DNA of 40,000 bases from Blastococcus sp. CPCC 205250 (GTDB lineage: Bacteria; Actinomycetota; Actinomycetes; Mycobacteriales; Geodermatophilaceae). The position numbers were made by a program, and so were the translations under genes. The stretch covers positions 128,318 through 168,317 of the forward strand of contig JABGCG010000005.1 of assembly GCA_019799925.1 (NCBI GenBank). The letters run 5' to 3'. Below are positions 1-9,486 of this stretch, one piece after another. The notes beneath the pieces are model-generated. The model searched no databases and had not been told where the DNA came from. It worked only from the letters and a program-made list of their open reading frames with translations. Position 1 is the first letter of the stretch. The number at the start of each line of letters is the position of its first letter.

Positions 1-1073
1 ACCGGCTTCACCAGCGCCGGGTCGCCGTTGTACGGGTAGTCGCGCACCAGGGTGCCGTCGCGGTCGAAGAGCACCAGGTCGGGCAGCCCGCGCCACCGGC
101 TGACCCGGCGGTGCTGCACGAGCCCGCGCAGGACGTGCCAGGTGGCCAGCGGGGGGATGACGGCGCTGGTGGCCAGCATGGTGGTCACCTCGGCGCGGTC
201 GCGCGGGCCGGGGGCGATGCGGGCCCAGGCGAACTCGGCGGTGCCGGCGGCCCAGGCGAGGGCCGCGGCTGCCGCCGCGCGCGGGCGGCGTGCCGCGGCC
301 AGTGCGAGCGCCGCGACCGCGGCCGCGGACACCGCCAGGTGCTGCGGACGGCGGCCCAGCGGGGCGTCGGCGCGGTGCGGAGCGCGCCAGTCCGGCCCGT
401 GCAGCCGGCGCATGAGGACGTCGTCGGCGTTGCCCGCCTGGACGCGCACGCTGACCCGGCGGTCGGTGGGCCGCACCGGGTGGGTGATCCACCGCTCGCC
501 GCGGACCAGGCGGGCGCCGGTGTCCATCACCCGCAGCGCCATGTCCGAGTCCTCGCGGAAGGCGCGGGGGAACCGCTCGTCGAAGCCGCCGACGGCGGCG
601 AGCGCGGCGCGGCGGTAGGCGAGGTCGGCGGTGATCCAGGCGCTCGTGGCCAGCCCGGCGGTGCCCCGCTCCCAGTCCGTGGGGCGGCGGTCCTCCGGCA
701 GCGGCACCCGCACCCTGCCCTGGCTGCCCGCGACGTCGGCGGGCAGGTCGGCGAGGTCGGCCGCGAGCCGCTGGTACCAGTCGGCGTCGGGGACGACGTC
801 GTCGTCGAGGAAGGCGATCCACTCGGTGCCGGCCACCCGCCAGCCCAGGTTGCGGGCCCGCGCGGGACCGCCGCCGCCGGTACGGACGACGCGGACCGGC
901 GGCAGCCCCGGGCGGTCGGGTCGCAGCGGGGTGCCCGCGGGCCGGTCGTCGACCAGGACGAGTTCGGCGGGCCGGCCCCCCGGCGCCGCGGCGAGGGCGT
1001 CGAGCAGCGCGTCCAGCGACGGCCGGCCGATGGTCGGCACGACGACCGTGACGCGCGTGAGTACCCCCTCCAC
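1..1073 (-). CDS. Glycosyltransferase family 2 domain fused to a hydrophobic segment and a HAD (GmhB-like) phosphatase domain; 3' end runs off the window
   Basis: Absent from the ORF track because it is open at the window edge. Manual reverse translation from GTG at 1073 gives VTVVVPTIGRPSLDALL..LVLVDDRP..ARNLGW..AFLDDDV (GT2 core). An Ala/Leu-rich hydrophobic stretch follows, then LVLFDRDGTLVRDYPYNGDP (HAD motif I, DxDGT). An in-frame TAG lies 7 codons upstream of the GTG. Confidence 0.75.
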   Translation of the reverse strand, partial: MEGVLTRVTVVVPTIGRPSLDALLDALAAAPGGRPAELVLVDDRPAGTPLRPDRPGLPPVRVVRTGGGGPARARNLGWRVAGTEWIAFLDDDVVPDADWYQRLAADLADLPADVAGSQGRVRVPLPEDRRPTDWERGTAGLATSAWITADLAYRRAALAAVGGFDERFPRAFREDSDMALRVMDTGARLVRGERWITHPVRPTDRRVSVRVQAGNADDVLMRRLHGPDWRAPHRADAPLGRRPQHLAVSAAAVAALALAAARRPRAAAAAALAWAAGTAEFAWARIAPGPRDRAEVTTMLATSAVIPPLATWHVLRGLVQHRRVSRWRGLPDLVLFDRDGTLVRDYPYNGDPALVKP

Positions 1074-1229
1074 GATTGCGTCGTGCCCTACCGATCGGGT
1101 GCGGAAACACTACGCGCTTGAAGTTATCGCCGGGCGCGCTCCGTCCCCGGGTGCCGGGAGGGCATCCGGACCTGGGGAAGAGAGGTCCGTGGGGCAGGGG
1201 CGGCGGCTCCGGTGCTGGTCAGCTGCGTG

Positions 1230-1724
1230 TCATCGGCGGGACCGCGCGGCGGCCGACACCCGGGCGAGCGCGTCGGTGACCACCGCGGCGTCGTCACCCA
1301 GGCGGGTGAGCAGGTGGGCCACCAGGTCGTCGTGGGTGGGCGAGGCCGCGCGGAGCGTGGCGCGTCCGGCGTCGGTCAGGCGGGCGTGCAGCAGCCGCCG
1401 GTCGTCGGCCGCCCGTTCCCGGACGACGAGCCCCTCGGCGACCAGGCGGGTGACCGTGCTGGTCACCCCGGCGCGCGAGAGGCCGAGCGCCTCGGCGACC
1501 TCGCCCATGCTCGCCCGCTCCCCCGGCGCCTCGGCGATCCGGCGCAGCGCCTCGAACCCGGTCAGCGAGATGCCGTGCTGGCGGTGCAGCGCGGAGTCCA
1601 CCCGGCGAGTGATGCGGTCGTGCACCTGGACGATGCGCAGCCAGGTCTCCTCCGGCCGGGGCGCCGCGCCGGGCAGGTCCGCGACGTCGGGGACGTCGGA
1701 CGCCAGCACGTTGTCCGGGTGCAC
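1230..1724 (-). CDS. MarR family transcriptional regulator
   Basis: C-terminal 164 aa of ORF 1230..2048(-). Winged-HTH pattern: SLTGFEALRRIAE..ASMGEVAEALGLSRAGVTSTVTRLVAEGLVVRERAADDRRLLHARLTDAGR. Start trimmed to the GTG at 1724 because the longer ORF overlaps the upstream gene (stop at 1750). Confidence 0.85.
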   Translation of the reverse strand: MHPDNVLASDVPDVADLPGAAPRPEETWLRIVQVHDRITRRVDSALHRQHGISLTGFEALRRIAEAPGERASMGEVAEALGLSRAGVTSTVTRLVAEGLVVRERAADDRRLLHARLTDAGRATLRAASPTHDDLVAHLLTRLGDDAAVVTDALARVSAAARSRR

Positions 1725-1749
1725 CGTCCCATCGTCGCCGAGATCGGCC

Positions 1750-2715
1750 TCAGGCGCTCCCGGACGCCGCGTGCCGGCTGCGGCGGCGCAGCGCGAGGAC
1801 ACCCAGCCCGCCCGCGACGACCGCGAGCGCGCCGCCGGCGACGACCATCGACCAGGCCGACCCGGCACCGTCGGCCACCGGGGTGGCGGCGGAGGCGATC
1901 CGCAGGTCGACGGTGACGGTGGTCGAGGTGACGGCCCCGACCACCTCGAGGGTGGTGGCACCGGCCTCGGCCCCCGCCGGGATGCGCACGTCCACGGCGA
2001 CCAGCCCGTTGATGTCGGCCACCGAGCTGCCGACCTCCGTGCCGTCACCCAGGCGCAGCACGACCGACTCCCCGGCGGCGAACCCCGAGGCGGTGAGCGT
2101 CACGACGTCTCCGGCCACGACGCTCGAGGCCGATCCGGTGGGGGTCACCGACGCCGCGGGGGCCGCCTCGGGCATCGGCACGACGCCGCCGTCGGGCGGG
2201 AGGTCGTCGGTCCCCCCGCCGGGGACGTCGGTGCCGCCGGCGATGGGCGGGACCGTGGCCTCGGCCGTGGGCGGCGCGATCGCCGCGCAGTCCTCCTCGG
2301 CCGGCCGGGTGAACTCGAAGCCGACCAGCTCGTCGACGTAGGCGACGCCCGTGCCGTCGAGGGCGGTGAACTCCAGCCGGCTGTCGATCCGCTCGCCCCA
2401 GCCGACGTCGCCGGTCCGCAGCTCGACGGTCTGGCCGGGCTCGAGCTGGGCGCGGTCCTCGCCGCCGGGCGTCCGGGTGGTGGCCAGGACGACGTCGTAG
2501 GCGACCGTGCCCGCCGTGACCTCCACGGCGACGCCGCCCGGCCGGCAGCTGGGCCCGTGGGTGACCCGGGCGTCGGGTCGGGTGGGGTCGTCGACCGCGA
2601 GGGCCGGGCCCGCCGCCGCGACACCCAGAGCGGCCACAGCAGTGAGAAGGCCGGCCGCGAGGACGCCGCGCACGGCGGACCTGCGGACGACCCTCGGCGA
2701 CGCACCGGACGGCAC
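1750..2715 (-). CDS. Secreted, C-terminally membrane-anchored surface protein with an Ig-like beta-rich region
   Basis: ORF 1750..2817(-). Signal-peptide-like N-terminus RRSAVRGVLAAGLLTAVAALGVAAAGPALA if started at the GTG at 2715 (alternatives: ATG at 2781 or 2817). C-terminus has a hydrophobic helix plus basic tail (WSMVVAGGALAVVAGGLGVLALRRRSRH). No LPXTG motif seen. Confidence 0.6.
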   Translation of the reverse strand: MPSGASPRVVRRSAVRGVLAAGLLTAVAALGVAAAGPALAVDDPTRPDARVTHGPSCRPGGVAVEVTAGTVAYDVVLATTRTPGGEDRAQLEPGQTVELRTGDVGWGERIDSRLEFTALDGTGVAYVDELVGFEFTRPAEEDCAAIAPPTAEATVPPIAGGTDVPGGGTDDLPPDGGVVPMPEAAPAASVTPTGSASSVVAGDVVTLTASGFAAGESVVLRLGDGTEVGSSVADINGLVAVDVRIPAGAEAGATTLEVVGAVTSTTVTVDLRIASAATPVADGAGSAWSMVVAGGALAVVAGGLGVLALRRRSRHAASGSA

Positions 2716-2903
2716 GCAGTTCCCCCTCGAGCAGTCATGCTGCCGAGGAACGATCGGACGACGCTCCACCGGCTCCCACATGATGGACGCCGTGACCGCC
2801 CCTGGACGGTGTGTCACGGCCGCTTCTGGCGTGTCGGTGCGGCGTGTCGGCAGAAAGTGCGGGCGGGAGGTCCGGGCGGCCGCTGCGGCACCGACGTCCT
2901 AGC

Positions 2904-4223
2904 GTGACCGGCGTGACCTCAGCAGCCGGGACCGGGCGCAGCCGCCAGAACGAGATCTACCGCGCCGGGGTGTACGGCCGCACGCCGCGCGTCCCGACCG
3001 TCGCCCGGGCGCTGCAGCGGGCCGCCCGCCGCCGGCTGGACGCGCGGGCCTACGCCTACGTCGCCGGCGGCGCCGGCGACGAGGCCACCCAGCGCGCCAA
3101 CCGCACCGCCTTCGACCGCTGGGCGGTCGTCCCTCGCGTGCTGCGGGACGTGAGCGTGCGCGACACCTCGGTCGAGCTCTTCGGCCGCCGCCTGCCGGCG
3201 CCCCTGCTGCTCGGGCCGGTCGGCGCCCTGGAGCTGGTCCACCCGGAGGCCGACCTCGCCGTCGCCCGGGCCGCGGCGGGGCTCGGCGTGCCGATGGTCT
3301 TCTCCAACCAGGCGTCGGTGCCGATGGAGACCTGCGCGCAGGCGATGGGCGACGCCCCGCGCTGGTTCCAGATGTACTGGTCCACGTCCGACGAGCTGGT
3401 GGAGAGCCTCGTCGCGCGCGCCGAGGCCGCCGGCTGCGAGGCCCTGGTCGTCACCCTCGACACCACGATGCTGGGCTGGCGCCCGCGCGACCTGGACCTC
3501 GGGCACCTGCCGTTCGCGCTCGGGAAGGGCATCGCCCAGTACACGTCGGACCCGGTGTTCCGGCGGCTGGTCGCCGAGCACGCGGGGTCGGCGCCGGCGC
3601 CGGCACAGGCTGGCGCCGCGGCACAGCGGGACCGCCAGCCGCGCCCGACGCTCGCCGCCGTCCGCGCGCTCGTGGGCATGGCCCGCGCCTGGCCCGGGCC
3701 GCTGCTGGAGAACCTGCGCTCGCCGCTGCCCCGCGCCGCCGTCGAGACCTTCCTGGCCATCTACTCGCGGCCCTCGATCACCTGGGCGGACCTGGCCTGG
3801 CTGCGCCAGCGGACGCGGCTGCCCATCGTGCTCAAGGGCGTGCTGCACCCCGACGACGCCCGCCGGGCCCTCGACGAGGGGGTGGCCGGACTGGTGGTGA
3901 GCACCCACGGCGGACGGCAGGTCGACCGCTCCATCGCGGCGCTGGACGCGCTGCCCGACGTCGTCGCCGCGGTTGGCGACCGGGCTCCGGTGCTGCTGGA
4001 CAGCGGCGTGCGCAGCGGTGCCGACGTGGCGGTGGCCGTTGCCCTGGGCGCCCGGGCGGTGCTGCTGGGCCGGCCCTTCGCCTGGGGGCTGGGCCTGGCC
4101 GGGGAGGAGGGCGTGGCGCAGGTCGTCTCCGACGTCCTCGGCGAGTTCGACCTGACGCTGGGTCTCGCCGGGCTGACCTCGGTCGACGAGCTCACCCCGG
4201 AGGTCCTCCGGCGGGTCGACTGA
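2904..4223 (+). CDS. FMN-dependent alpha-hydroxy-acid oxidising enzyme (lactate 2-monooxygenase / L-lactate oxidase family)
   Basis: ORF 2811..4223(+). Family motifs: [60 protein letters not shown] long inserted loop resembles that of lactate 2-monooxygenases. Start placed at the GTG at 2904 (GTG at 2913 also possible). Confidence 0.85.
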   Translation: MTGVTSAAGTGRSRQNEIYRAGVYGRTPRVPTVARALQRAARRRLDARAYAYVAGGAGDEATQRANRTAFDRWAVVPRVLRDVSVRDTSVELFGRRLPAPLLLGPVGALELVHPEADLAVARAAAGLGVPMVFSNQASVPMETCAQAMGDAPRWFQMYWSTSDELVESLVARAEAAGCEALVVTLDTTMLGWRPRDLDLGHLPFALGKGIAQYTSDPVFRRLVAEHAGSAPAPAQAGAAAQRDRQPRPTLAAVRALVGMARAWPGPLLENLRSPLPRAAVETFLAIYSRPSITWADLAWLRQRTRLPIVLKGVLHPDDARRALDEGVAGLVVSTHGGRQVDRSIAALDALPDVVAAVGDRAPVLLDSGVRSGADVAVAVALGARAVLLGRPFAWGLGLAGEEGVAQVVSDVLGEFDLTLGLAGLTSVDELTPEVLRRVD

Positions 4224-4494
4224 CGGACACGCCGGGCGGGGGTTGACCCCTCCCTGTGGCGTGGGTCACAGTTGTCGTGGGCGGGGGCAACCGGGAACCC
4301 ACTGGCCATCCACTGCTGGATGGACCGACCAACGCGGCCAGACCGCCAGAACCGGCCCCCCGCCCCACATCCTCCGCGACGCCCGCGCCCGCCGCCGGGT
4401 GCGAGCGGAGCACGCGTCGCCCGGGGTGTCCGGGGACTGTGCCGATCCCCCGCGAGCGCGGGCGGGCCGCCGCCGGGAGGCGCAGGATGGGACC

Positions 4495-6000
4495 GTGACC
4501 AGCACCGAGACCACCACCGAGGCCGGCGCCACGGGAACCGGCGCCACGATCCCCGGCATCAGCCGGCCCGTCCCCACGCAGCTGTTCGTCGGCGGCCACT
4601 GGCGGGCCGCCACGGGCGGGGCGGAGTTCGACGTCCACGACCCCGCCGACGCCTCCGTGCTCGCCCGGGTCGCGGACGCCACGGCCGACGACGCCCGCGC
4701 CGCCATGGACGCCGCCGACGCGGCCGCGGCCGGCTGGGCCGCCACGCCGCCGCGCCAGCGCGGCGAGGTCCTCCGCCGCGCCTTCGAGGCGATGACCGGT
4801 CCGCGGGCCGACGACCTCGCCCTGCTGATGGTGCGCGAGAACGGCAAGACCCTCACGGACGCCCGTGGCGAGCTGATCTACGCGGCGGAGTTCTTCCGCT
4901 GGTTCAGCGAGGAGGCCGTCCGCATCGACGGCGACTACCGGGTCGCCCCGGCCGGCGGCACCCGGACGGTCGTGCTCCGCCAGCCCGTCGGCATCTCGCT
5001 GGCGATCACGCCGTGGAACTTCCCGGCGGCGATGCTCACCCGCAAGCTCGGACCGGCCTTCGCCGCGGGCTGCCCCGTGGTGGTCAAGCCCGCCGCCGAG
5101 ACGCCGCTGACCGCCCTGCTGCTGGCCGAGGTCCTCGCCGAGGCGGGGCTGCCCGAGGGCGTCCTCAGCGTCCTGCCCACCACCAGCGCCCGCGACGTCG
5201 CCGGGGCCGCCATGGCCGACCCGCGGCTGCGCAAGGTGAGCTTCACCGGCTCCACCGAGGTGGGCCGGGGACTGCTCAAGCAGGCCGCGGACCAGGTGCT
5301 GGTCAGCTCGATGGAGCTGGGCGGCAACGCCCCCTTCATCGTGTGCGCCGACGCCGACCTCGACGCCGCGGTGGAGGGCGCGATGGTCGCCAAGCTGCGC
5401 AACGGCGGCGAGGCCTGCACGGCGGCCAACCGCTTCTACGTCGAGGACGCCGTCGCCGAGGAGTTCGGGCGCCGGCTGGCCGAGAAGATGGGCGCCCTGA
5501 CCCTCGGCCGCGGGGACGACGACGGCGTGGGGCTGGGGCCGCTGGTCAACGAGGACACCGTCGGCAAGGTCGAGCGGATCGTGCGGGAGACCGTGGACGC
5601 GGGCGCGCGCGTGGTCATCGGCGGCGAGCGGCCCGACGGACCGGGGTGGTTCTACCCGCCGACCGTGCTGGTCGACGTGCCGCCCGACTCCCCGGCGACC
5701 GAGGAGGAGATCTTCGGTCCGGTGGCCCCCATCGTGCGCTTCACCTCCGACGAGGAGGTGCTCGCCCTGGCCAACGGCACCGAGTACGGCCTGGTCTCCT
5801 ACGTCTTCACCGGCGACCTCGCCCGGGGCCTCCGGCTGGCCGAGGCACTCGAGTCGGGCATGGTCGGGCTGAACCGCGGCGTGGTCAGCGACCCGGCCGC
5901 GCCCTTCGGCGGGGTGAAGCAGAGCGGCATCGGTCGCGAGGGCGGCCACGAGGGCCTGGCCGAGTACCTGCAGACGAAGTACATCTCCTTCCCCCTGTAG
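4495..6000 (+). CDS. gabD: NAD(P)+-dependent succinate-semialdehyde dehydrogenase (aldehyde dehydrogenase superfamily)
   Basis: ORF 4243..6000(+) trimmed to the GTG at 4495, which follows GGGAGG..AGGATGGG. ALDH motifs: ITPWNFP, FTGSTEVG, catalytic ELGGNAP and GEACTAANR. GabD-like N-terminal region: ENGKTLTDARGELIYAAEFFRWF. Confidence 0.9.
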   Translation: MTSTETTTEAGATGTGATIPGISRPVPTQLFVGGHWRAATGGAEFDVHDPADASVLARVADATADDARAAMDAADAAAAGWAATPPRQRGEVLRRAFEAMTGPRADDLALLMVRENGKTLTDARGELIYAAEFFRWFSEEAVRIDGDYRVAPAGGTRTVVLRQPVGISLAITPWNFPAAMLTRKLGPAFAAGCPVVVKPAAETPLTALLLAEVLAEAGLPEGVLSVLPTTSARDVAGAAMADPRLRKVSFTGSTEVGRGLLKQAADQVLVSSMELGGNAPFIVCADADLDAAVEGAMVAKLRNGGEACTAANRFYVEDAVAEEFGRRLAEKMGALTLGRGDDDGVGLGPLVNEDTVGKVERIVRETVDAGARVVIGGERPDGPGWFYPPTVLVDVPPDSPATEEEIFGPVAPIVRFTSDEEVLALANGTEYGLVSYVFTGDLARGLRLAEALESGMVGLNRGVVSDPAAPFGGVKQSGIGREGGHEGLAEYLQTKYISFPL

Positions 6001-6145
6001 TGCGGGCGGGGCCGCTTGCGCGGAGCCCGGGCCGGCGCCCTGGCCACCTGCAAGGGCCCCGCAAGCACGCGGACCGAGAGTCCTCCTCGACCCGGTGGAC
6101 GGCCGTCCGGCCACCCCACCGCCTGCTTCGAGGAGCTCGACCCCC

Positions 6146-6634
6146 ATGCGCACCGTCGCCCGTACCGGCACCACCCTGCTCGCCCTCGGCGCCGCCACCC
6201 TGCTGCTCGGCGCCTGCGGCGGCGACGACCCCGCGCCGGGCGCGGGCGACGTCCAGGACGCCGTCGCCGCGGCGGGCGGCGGTGCCGGGGCCGGCACCGC
6301 CGACGACGGTCCCCGGCCCGGGGACGCCGACGCGTGCGCCCTCTACGCCGCCGACGGCCAGGCGTTCCTGGACGCCTACGACTACTACGGCAGCGGCGCG
6401 ACCTCCGACCCGTCGGACTTCTACGCCTCGCTGACCACCCTGGCCGCCGACGTCGACGCCGTCCCCGCCGACGAGGTCTCCGAGGCCGTGCTGGCCACCG
6501 CGCAGGAGATCAGCGCGAGCGCCGAGGCCGCGGTGCCCGCGCTCGAGGGCGGCGCCGGGGTCGACGAGGTCGACGCCACCATCGGCGGCCTGGAGACCCT
6601 CGCCGACACCTGCAGCCAGCTCGGCGTCGCCTGA
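6146..6634 (+). CDS. Lipoprotein of unknown function
   Basis: ATG at 6146 is preceded by GAGGAG 10 nt upstream. N-terminus MRTVARTGTTLLALGAATLLLGACGG has a lipobox (LLGAC). Acidic, Ala-rich mature part. Confidence 0.7.
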   Translation: MRTVARTGTTLLALGAATLLLGACGGDDPAPGAGDVQDAVAAAGGGAGAGTADDGPRPGDADACALYAADGQAFLDAYDYYGSGATSDPSDFYASLTTLAADVDAVPADEVSEAVLATAQEISASAEAAVPALEGGAGVDEVDATIGGLETLADTCSQLGVA

Positions 6635-6643
6635 CGGCGGCCG

Positions 6644-6672
6644 GGAGCCGGGCCCGGCGTGGGCCCGGCTCC
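6644..6672. terminator. GC-rich hairpin between convergent genes (candidate bidirectional terminator)
   Basis: Perfect 12-bp stem GGAGCCGGGCCC / GGGCCCGGCTCC with loop GGCGT. It lies between the stop at 6634 (+) and the stop at 6681 (-). Confidence 0.5.
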
Positions 6673-6680
6673 GGCGTCGT

Positions 6681-7889
6681 CTAGGAGCCGGCCTCGCGCG
6701 GGCCCTCGACCGGGCCCGCCCCCGTCTCGTCGGCCGGCCCGCGGACCCCCTGCAGCGGGGCGATCGCCATGACGTCGACCTCGGCCGCGGTGTCGGCGAG
6801 CGCCTCCGCCGGCGTGCGCCTGGGCCGGTAGACGACGGTGGAGACGAAGAAGAACCGGGCCAGGAACGCCACGGCCAGCGTGAGCCCCTGCGCGAGGACC
6901 GACGGGAAGGCCAGCACCTCGACGAGGAAGGCCAGCGCGGGCAGCCGCGCCAGCGTGTCGACGTTGTTGTAGAGCACCGAGTGCAGCAGGCGGGTCCACC
7001 AGCGGTGGCGGTTGTCCCGGAGGTCGTTGAAGACGAAGCGCTCCTGCAGCACGAAGTTGTGCAGGATCGCGACCTCGGTGGCGATGACCGCCGCCGGCAG
7101 GTAGTGCAGGCCCGTCTCGCGCAGCAGCAGCCACATGAGGAACAGGTTCAGGACGGTGCCGAGCATCCCGACGGCGGCGAACCGGGCCATGCGGCCCATC
7201 CGCAGCGCCGCCATCTGGTACACGAACTGGGCGCCGTTGCGCCACGAGGCCTTGCTCTCGCCGTCGTGCCGCTCCCCGAAGGCGAACGGCACCTCGGCGA
7301 CCTCGAGGTCGTGCCGGGCGAGGATCTCCAGCAGGATCTTGAACCCGCGCGGCCGCAGCCGGTCCAGGTGCACGGCGCTGCGCCGCACGCAGAAGAACCC
7401 GGTCATCGGGTCGGTGCAGACCCGCCCGACCCGGCGGGGGAAGCAGGAGCGCGCCAGCAGGGTGGAGGTGCTGGACACCGCCCGCCGCCACGACGAGGAC
7501 AGGCCCGAGGAGTCGCCCGCGCCCAGGTAGCGGCTGGCGACGACCATGTCCACCGGCCCGGCGGTGTCGCGCAGCAGCGGCACCAGCTCCGGCGGGTGCT
7601 GCAGGTCGCCGTCCATGACGACGACGTAGTCCCCGCGGGCGGTGGCGAGCCCGGCGGCGACGGCGCCGGCGAGTCCGCCCTCGCGGTCGGCCGGCTCGCG
7701 GTGCATCAGGCGCACGGGCAGCGTGCTGCCCCCGGCGACCTGGCGGACGACGTCGGCGGTGTCGTCGTTGGAGTCGTCGACGAACAGGATCTCCGCGTCG
7801 CGGCCCCGGAGCGCCTCGTCCAGCCGGCGCACGAGCTCGGCGACGTTGCCGCGCTCGTTGAACGTCGGCACCACGACGGTCGTGTCCAC
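6681..7889 (-). CDS. Polyprenyl-phosphate glycosyltransferase (GT2, Dpm1/Ppm1-like) fused to a GtrA-like membrane domain
   Basis: ORF 6681..8015(-). GT2 motifs: VVVPTFNERGN, ILFVDDSNDDT, VVMDGDLQHPP. C-terminal four-helix GtrA-like region: RFAAVGMLGTVLNLFLMWLL..LHNFVLQERFVF. Preferred start is the GTG at 7889, preceded by GGAGAGG. The GTG at 8015 is an alternative. Confidence 0.8.
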   Translation of the reverse strand: MDTTVVVPTFNERGNVAELVRRLDEALRGRDAEILFVDDSNDDTADVVRQVAGGSTLPVRLMHREPADREGGLAGAVAAGLATARGDYVVVMDGDLQHPPELVPLLRDTAGPVDMVVASRYLGAGDSSGLSSSWRRAVSSTSTLLARSCFPRRVGRVCTDPMTGFFCVRRSAVHLDRLRPRGFKILLEILARHDLEVAEVPFAFGERHDGESKASWRNGAQFVYQMAALRMGRMARFAAVGMLGTVLNLFLMWLLLRETGLHYLPAAVIATEVAILHNFVLQERFVFNDLRDNRHRWWTRLLHSVLYNNVDTLARLPALAFLVEVLAFPSVLAQGLTLAVAFLARFFFVSTVVYRPRRTPAEALADTAAEVDVMAIAPLQGVRGPADETGAGPVEGPREAGS

Positions 7890-8064
7890 GCTCGGCCTCT
7901 CCAGGGGTCGGTCCGGTCGTCGGTGGGCACCGGCCGGCCCTCCGCCTGCGAGGGTGCCATGCCCGGGCGTCCCGGCGGGTACCCGCCCGGCCCGCGGGCC
8001 CACCCCGTCCGTCACAGGCGCGCCACGGGACGCGCCCCTCCCGTTCGCTGCACGGCCGCCGTCC

Positions 8065-9300
8065 TCAGGTCCGCGGGGTGGGGCGCTCGAGGAGCCAGGA
8101 CACGACCAGGCCGGCGACCAGCCCCCAGAACGCGGAGCCGATGTTCAGCACCGTCACGTCGGCGACGGTGACCACGAACGTGACCAGCGCGCCGAAGGGC
8201 CGCGCACCCCCGAACGCCGTCACGAACGACGTCTGCAGCACCCGCAGCATCGCCAGGCCGCCCAGCGCGGCCACGAAGGCCGGCGGCGTGCCCAGCATCA
8301 GCCCGGTGAACAGCGGGGCGAACAGGCCGAACACCAGCGCCAGCACCCCGCACAGCACCCCGGCCGTGTATTGCCGGGAGCGCTCGCCCGAGGCCGCGAG
8401 CAGGGCGTTCGTCGGCCCGGTGAGGCAGGTCGACACGGTGCCCACGGCTGCGGTGAGCACCGACCACACGCCGCAGGCGACGGTGATCGCGGTGACCGGC
8501 GGGTCGTGCTGCGCGGCCCGCAGCACGGCGACGCCCTGCCCGTTCTGGACCACGAGCACGGTGATCGCCAGGGGGACGACGAGCTCGAGCATCGCCTGCG
8601 GCGACCAGGCCGGGGCGGTGAACACCGGTGCGGCGAGCACGCCGTCGGCCGTCCCCGGGTCGAACCGGCCCGACAGCGCGACGGCGACCGCGCCCACGAC
8701 GAGCGCGCCGAGCACCGGGGGCACTCGCGCGCCCAGCGCGGGCAGCGCGCTGAGCGCCAGGAAGACGACGACCATCGGGACGGCGACGGCGGCGTCGTCC
8801 TGCAGGGAGCGCACCAGGTCGACGCCGAAGCGCAGGAACACCCCGGCGACCATGGCCATGACGATGGGCATCGGGACGACGTCCATCACGCGCCGGACCA
8901 GCCCGCTCAGCCCGAGCGCGGCGACGAGCAGGCCGGTGACGAAGAAGGTCCCGACGACCTCGGGCCAGCTGAGGTGGCCCAGCGCCGGCCCGACGAGCAC
9001 CGTGCCGGGGATCGTCCAGAAGAAGGCCAGCGGCTGCCGGTACAGCCAGCAGGAGAGCACGGTCAGGACGCCGTTGAGGAAGAAGGCACCGAACACCCAG
9101 CTGGCGATCTGGGCCTGCGACAGCCCGCCCTGCTCCCCCACCGCCAGGATCACCGCGACCGGGCCGGTGGCGGCGAAGACGAAGCCGACGAGCGCGTTGC
9201 CCGCGTAGAGCGGTCCGGCGTCGCGCAGCACCCGGCCCGGGCCGGGCAGTGGGCGGGCCGGCCGCTCGACCAGCCTGCTCACCGCACCCTGCTCGCTCAT
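8065..9300 (-). CDS. benE: BenE-family (benzoate-type) membrane transporter
   Basis: ORF 8065..9366(-) trimmed to the ATG at 9300, preceded by GGGGGAGG. Polytopic membrane protein of about 411 aa whose overall pattern resembles BenE transporters. The family call is from memory of sequence style, not from a search. Confidence 0.7.
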   Translation of the reverse strand: MSEQGAVSRLVERPARPLPGPGRVLRDAGPLYAGNALVGFVFAATGPVAVILAVGEQGGLSQAQIASWVFGAFFLNGVLTVLSCWLYRQPLAFFWTIPGTVLVGPALGHLSWPEVVGTFFVTGLLVAALGLSGLVRRVMDVVPMPIVMAMVAGVFLRFGVDLVRSLQDDAAVAVPMVVVFLALSALPALGARVPPVLGALVVGAVAVALSGRFDPGTADGVLAAPVFTAPAWSPQAMLELVVPLAITVLVVQNGQGVAVLRAAQHDPPVTAITVACGVWSVLTAAVGTVSTCLTGPTNALLAASGERSRQYTAGVLCGVLALVFGLFAPLFTGLMLGTPPAFVAALGGLAMLRVLQTSFVTAFGGARPFGALVTFVVTVADVTVLNIGSAFWGLVAGLVVSWLLERPTPRT

Positions 9301-9486
9301 GCCTCCCCCGCCCCCCGGCGACGGTGCCGGCCCCCGGGCATCCTCACCCGCCCGCGGCGCCTGCACCAGCGCATCCCGCCACGCCCGTATCGCGGACGCA
9401 TGAGGTCCGGATCACAGAACGGGGAAAGATTCTCAGTGCCAAGATGTTACTGCGCACACACCTGCACGACCGGCACGAGGAGGACC

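Noticed and set aside
7890-8015. A 42-codon N-terminal extension of the GT2/GtrA glycosyltransferase, starting from the GTG at 8015.
   Set aside because: By hand count, GC3 in the extension is about 83%, lower than in the gene body, and the peptide is Gly/Pro/Arg-rich. The GTG at 7889 has a GGAGAGG RBS and starts directly at the conserved VVVPTFNE strand. The longer form remains possible.
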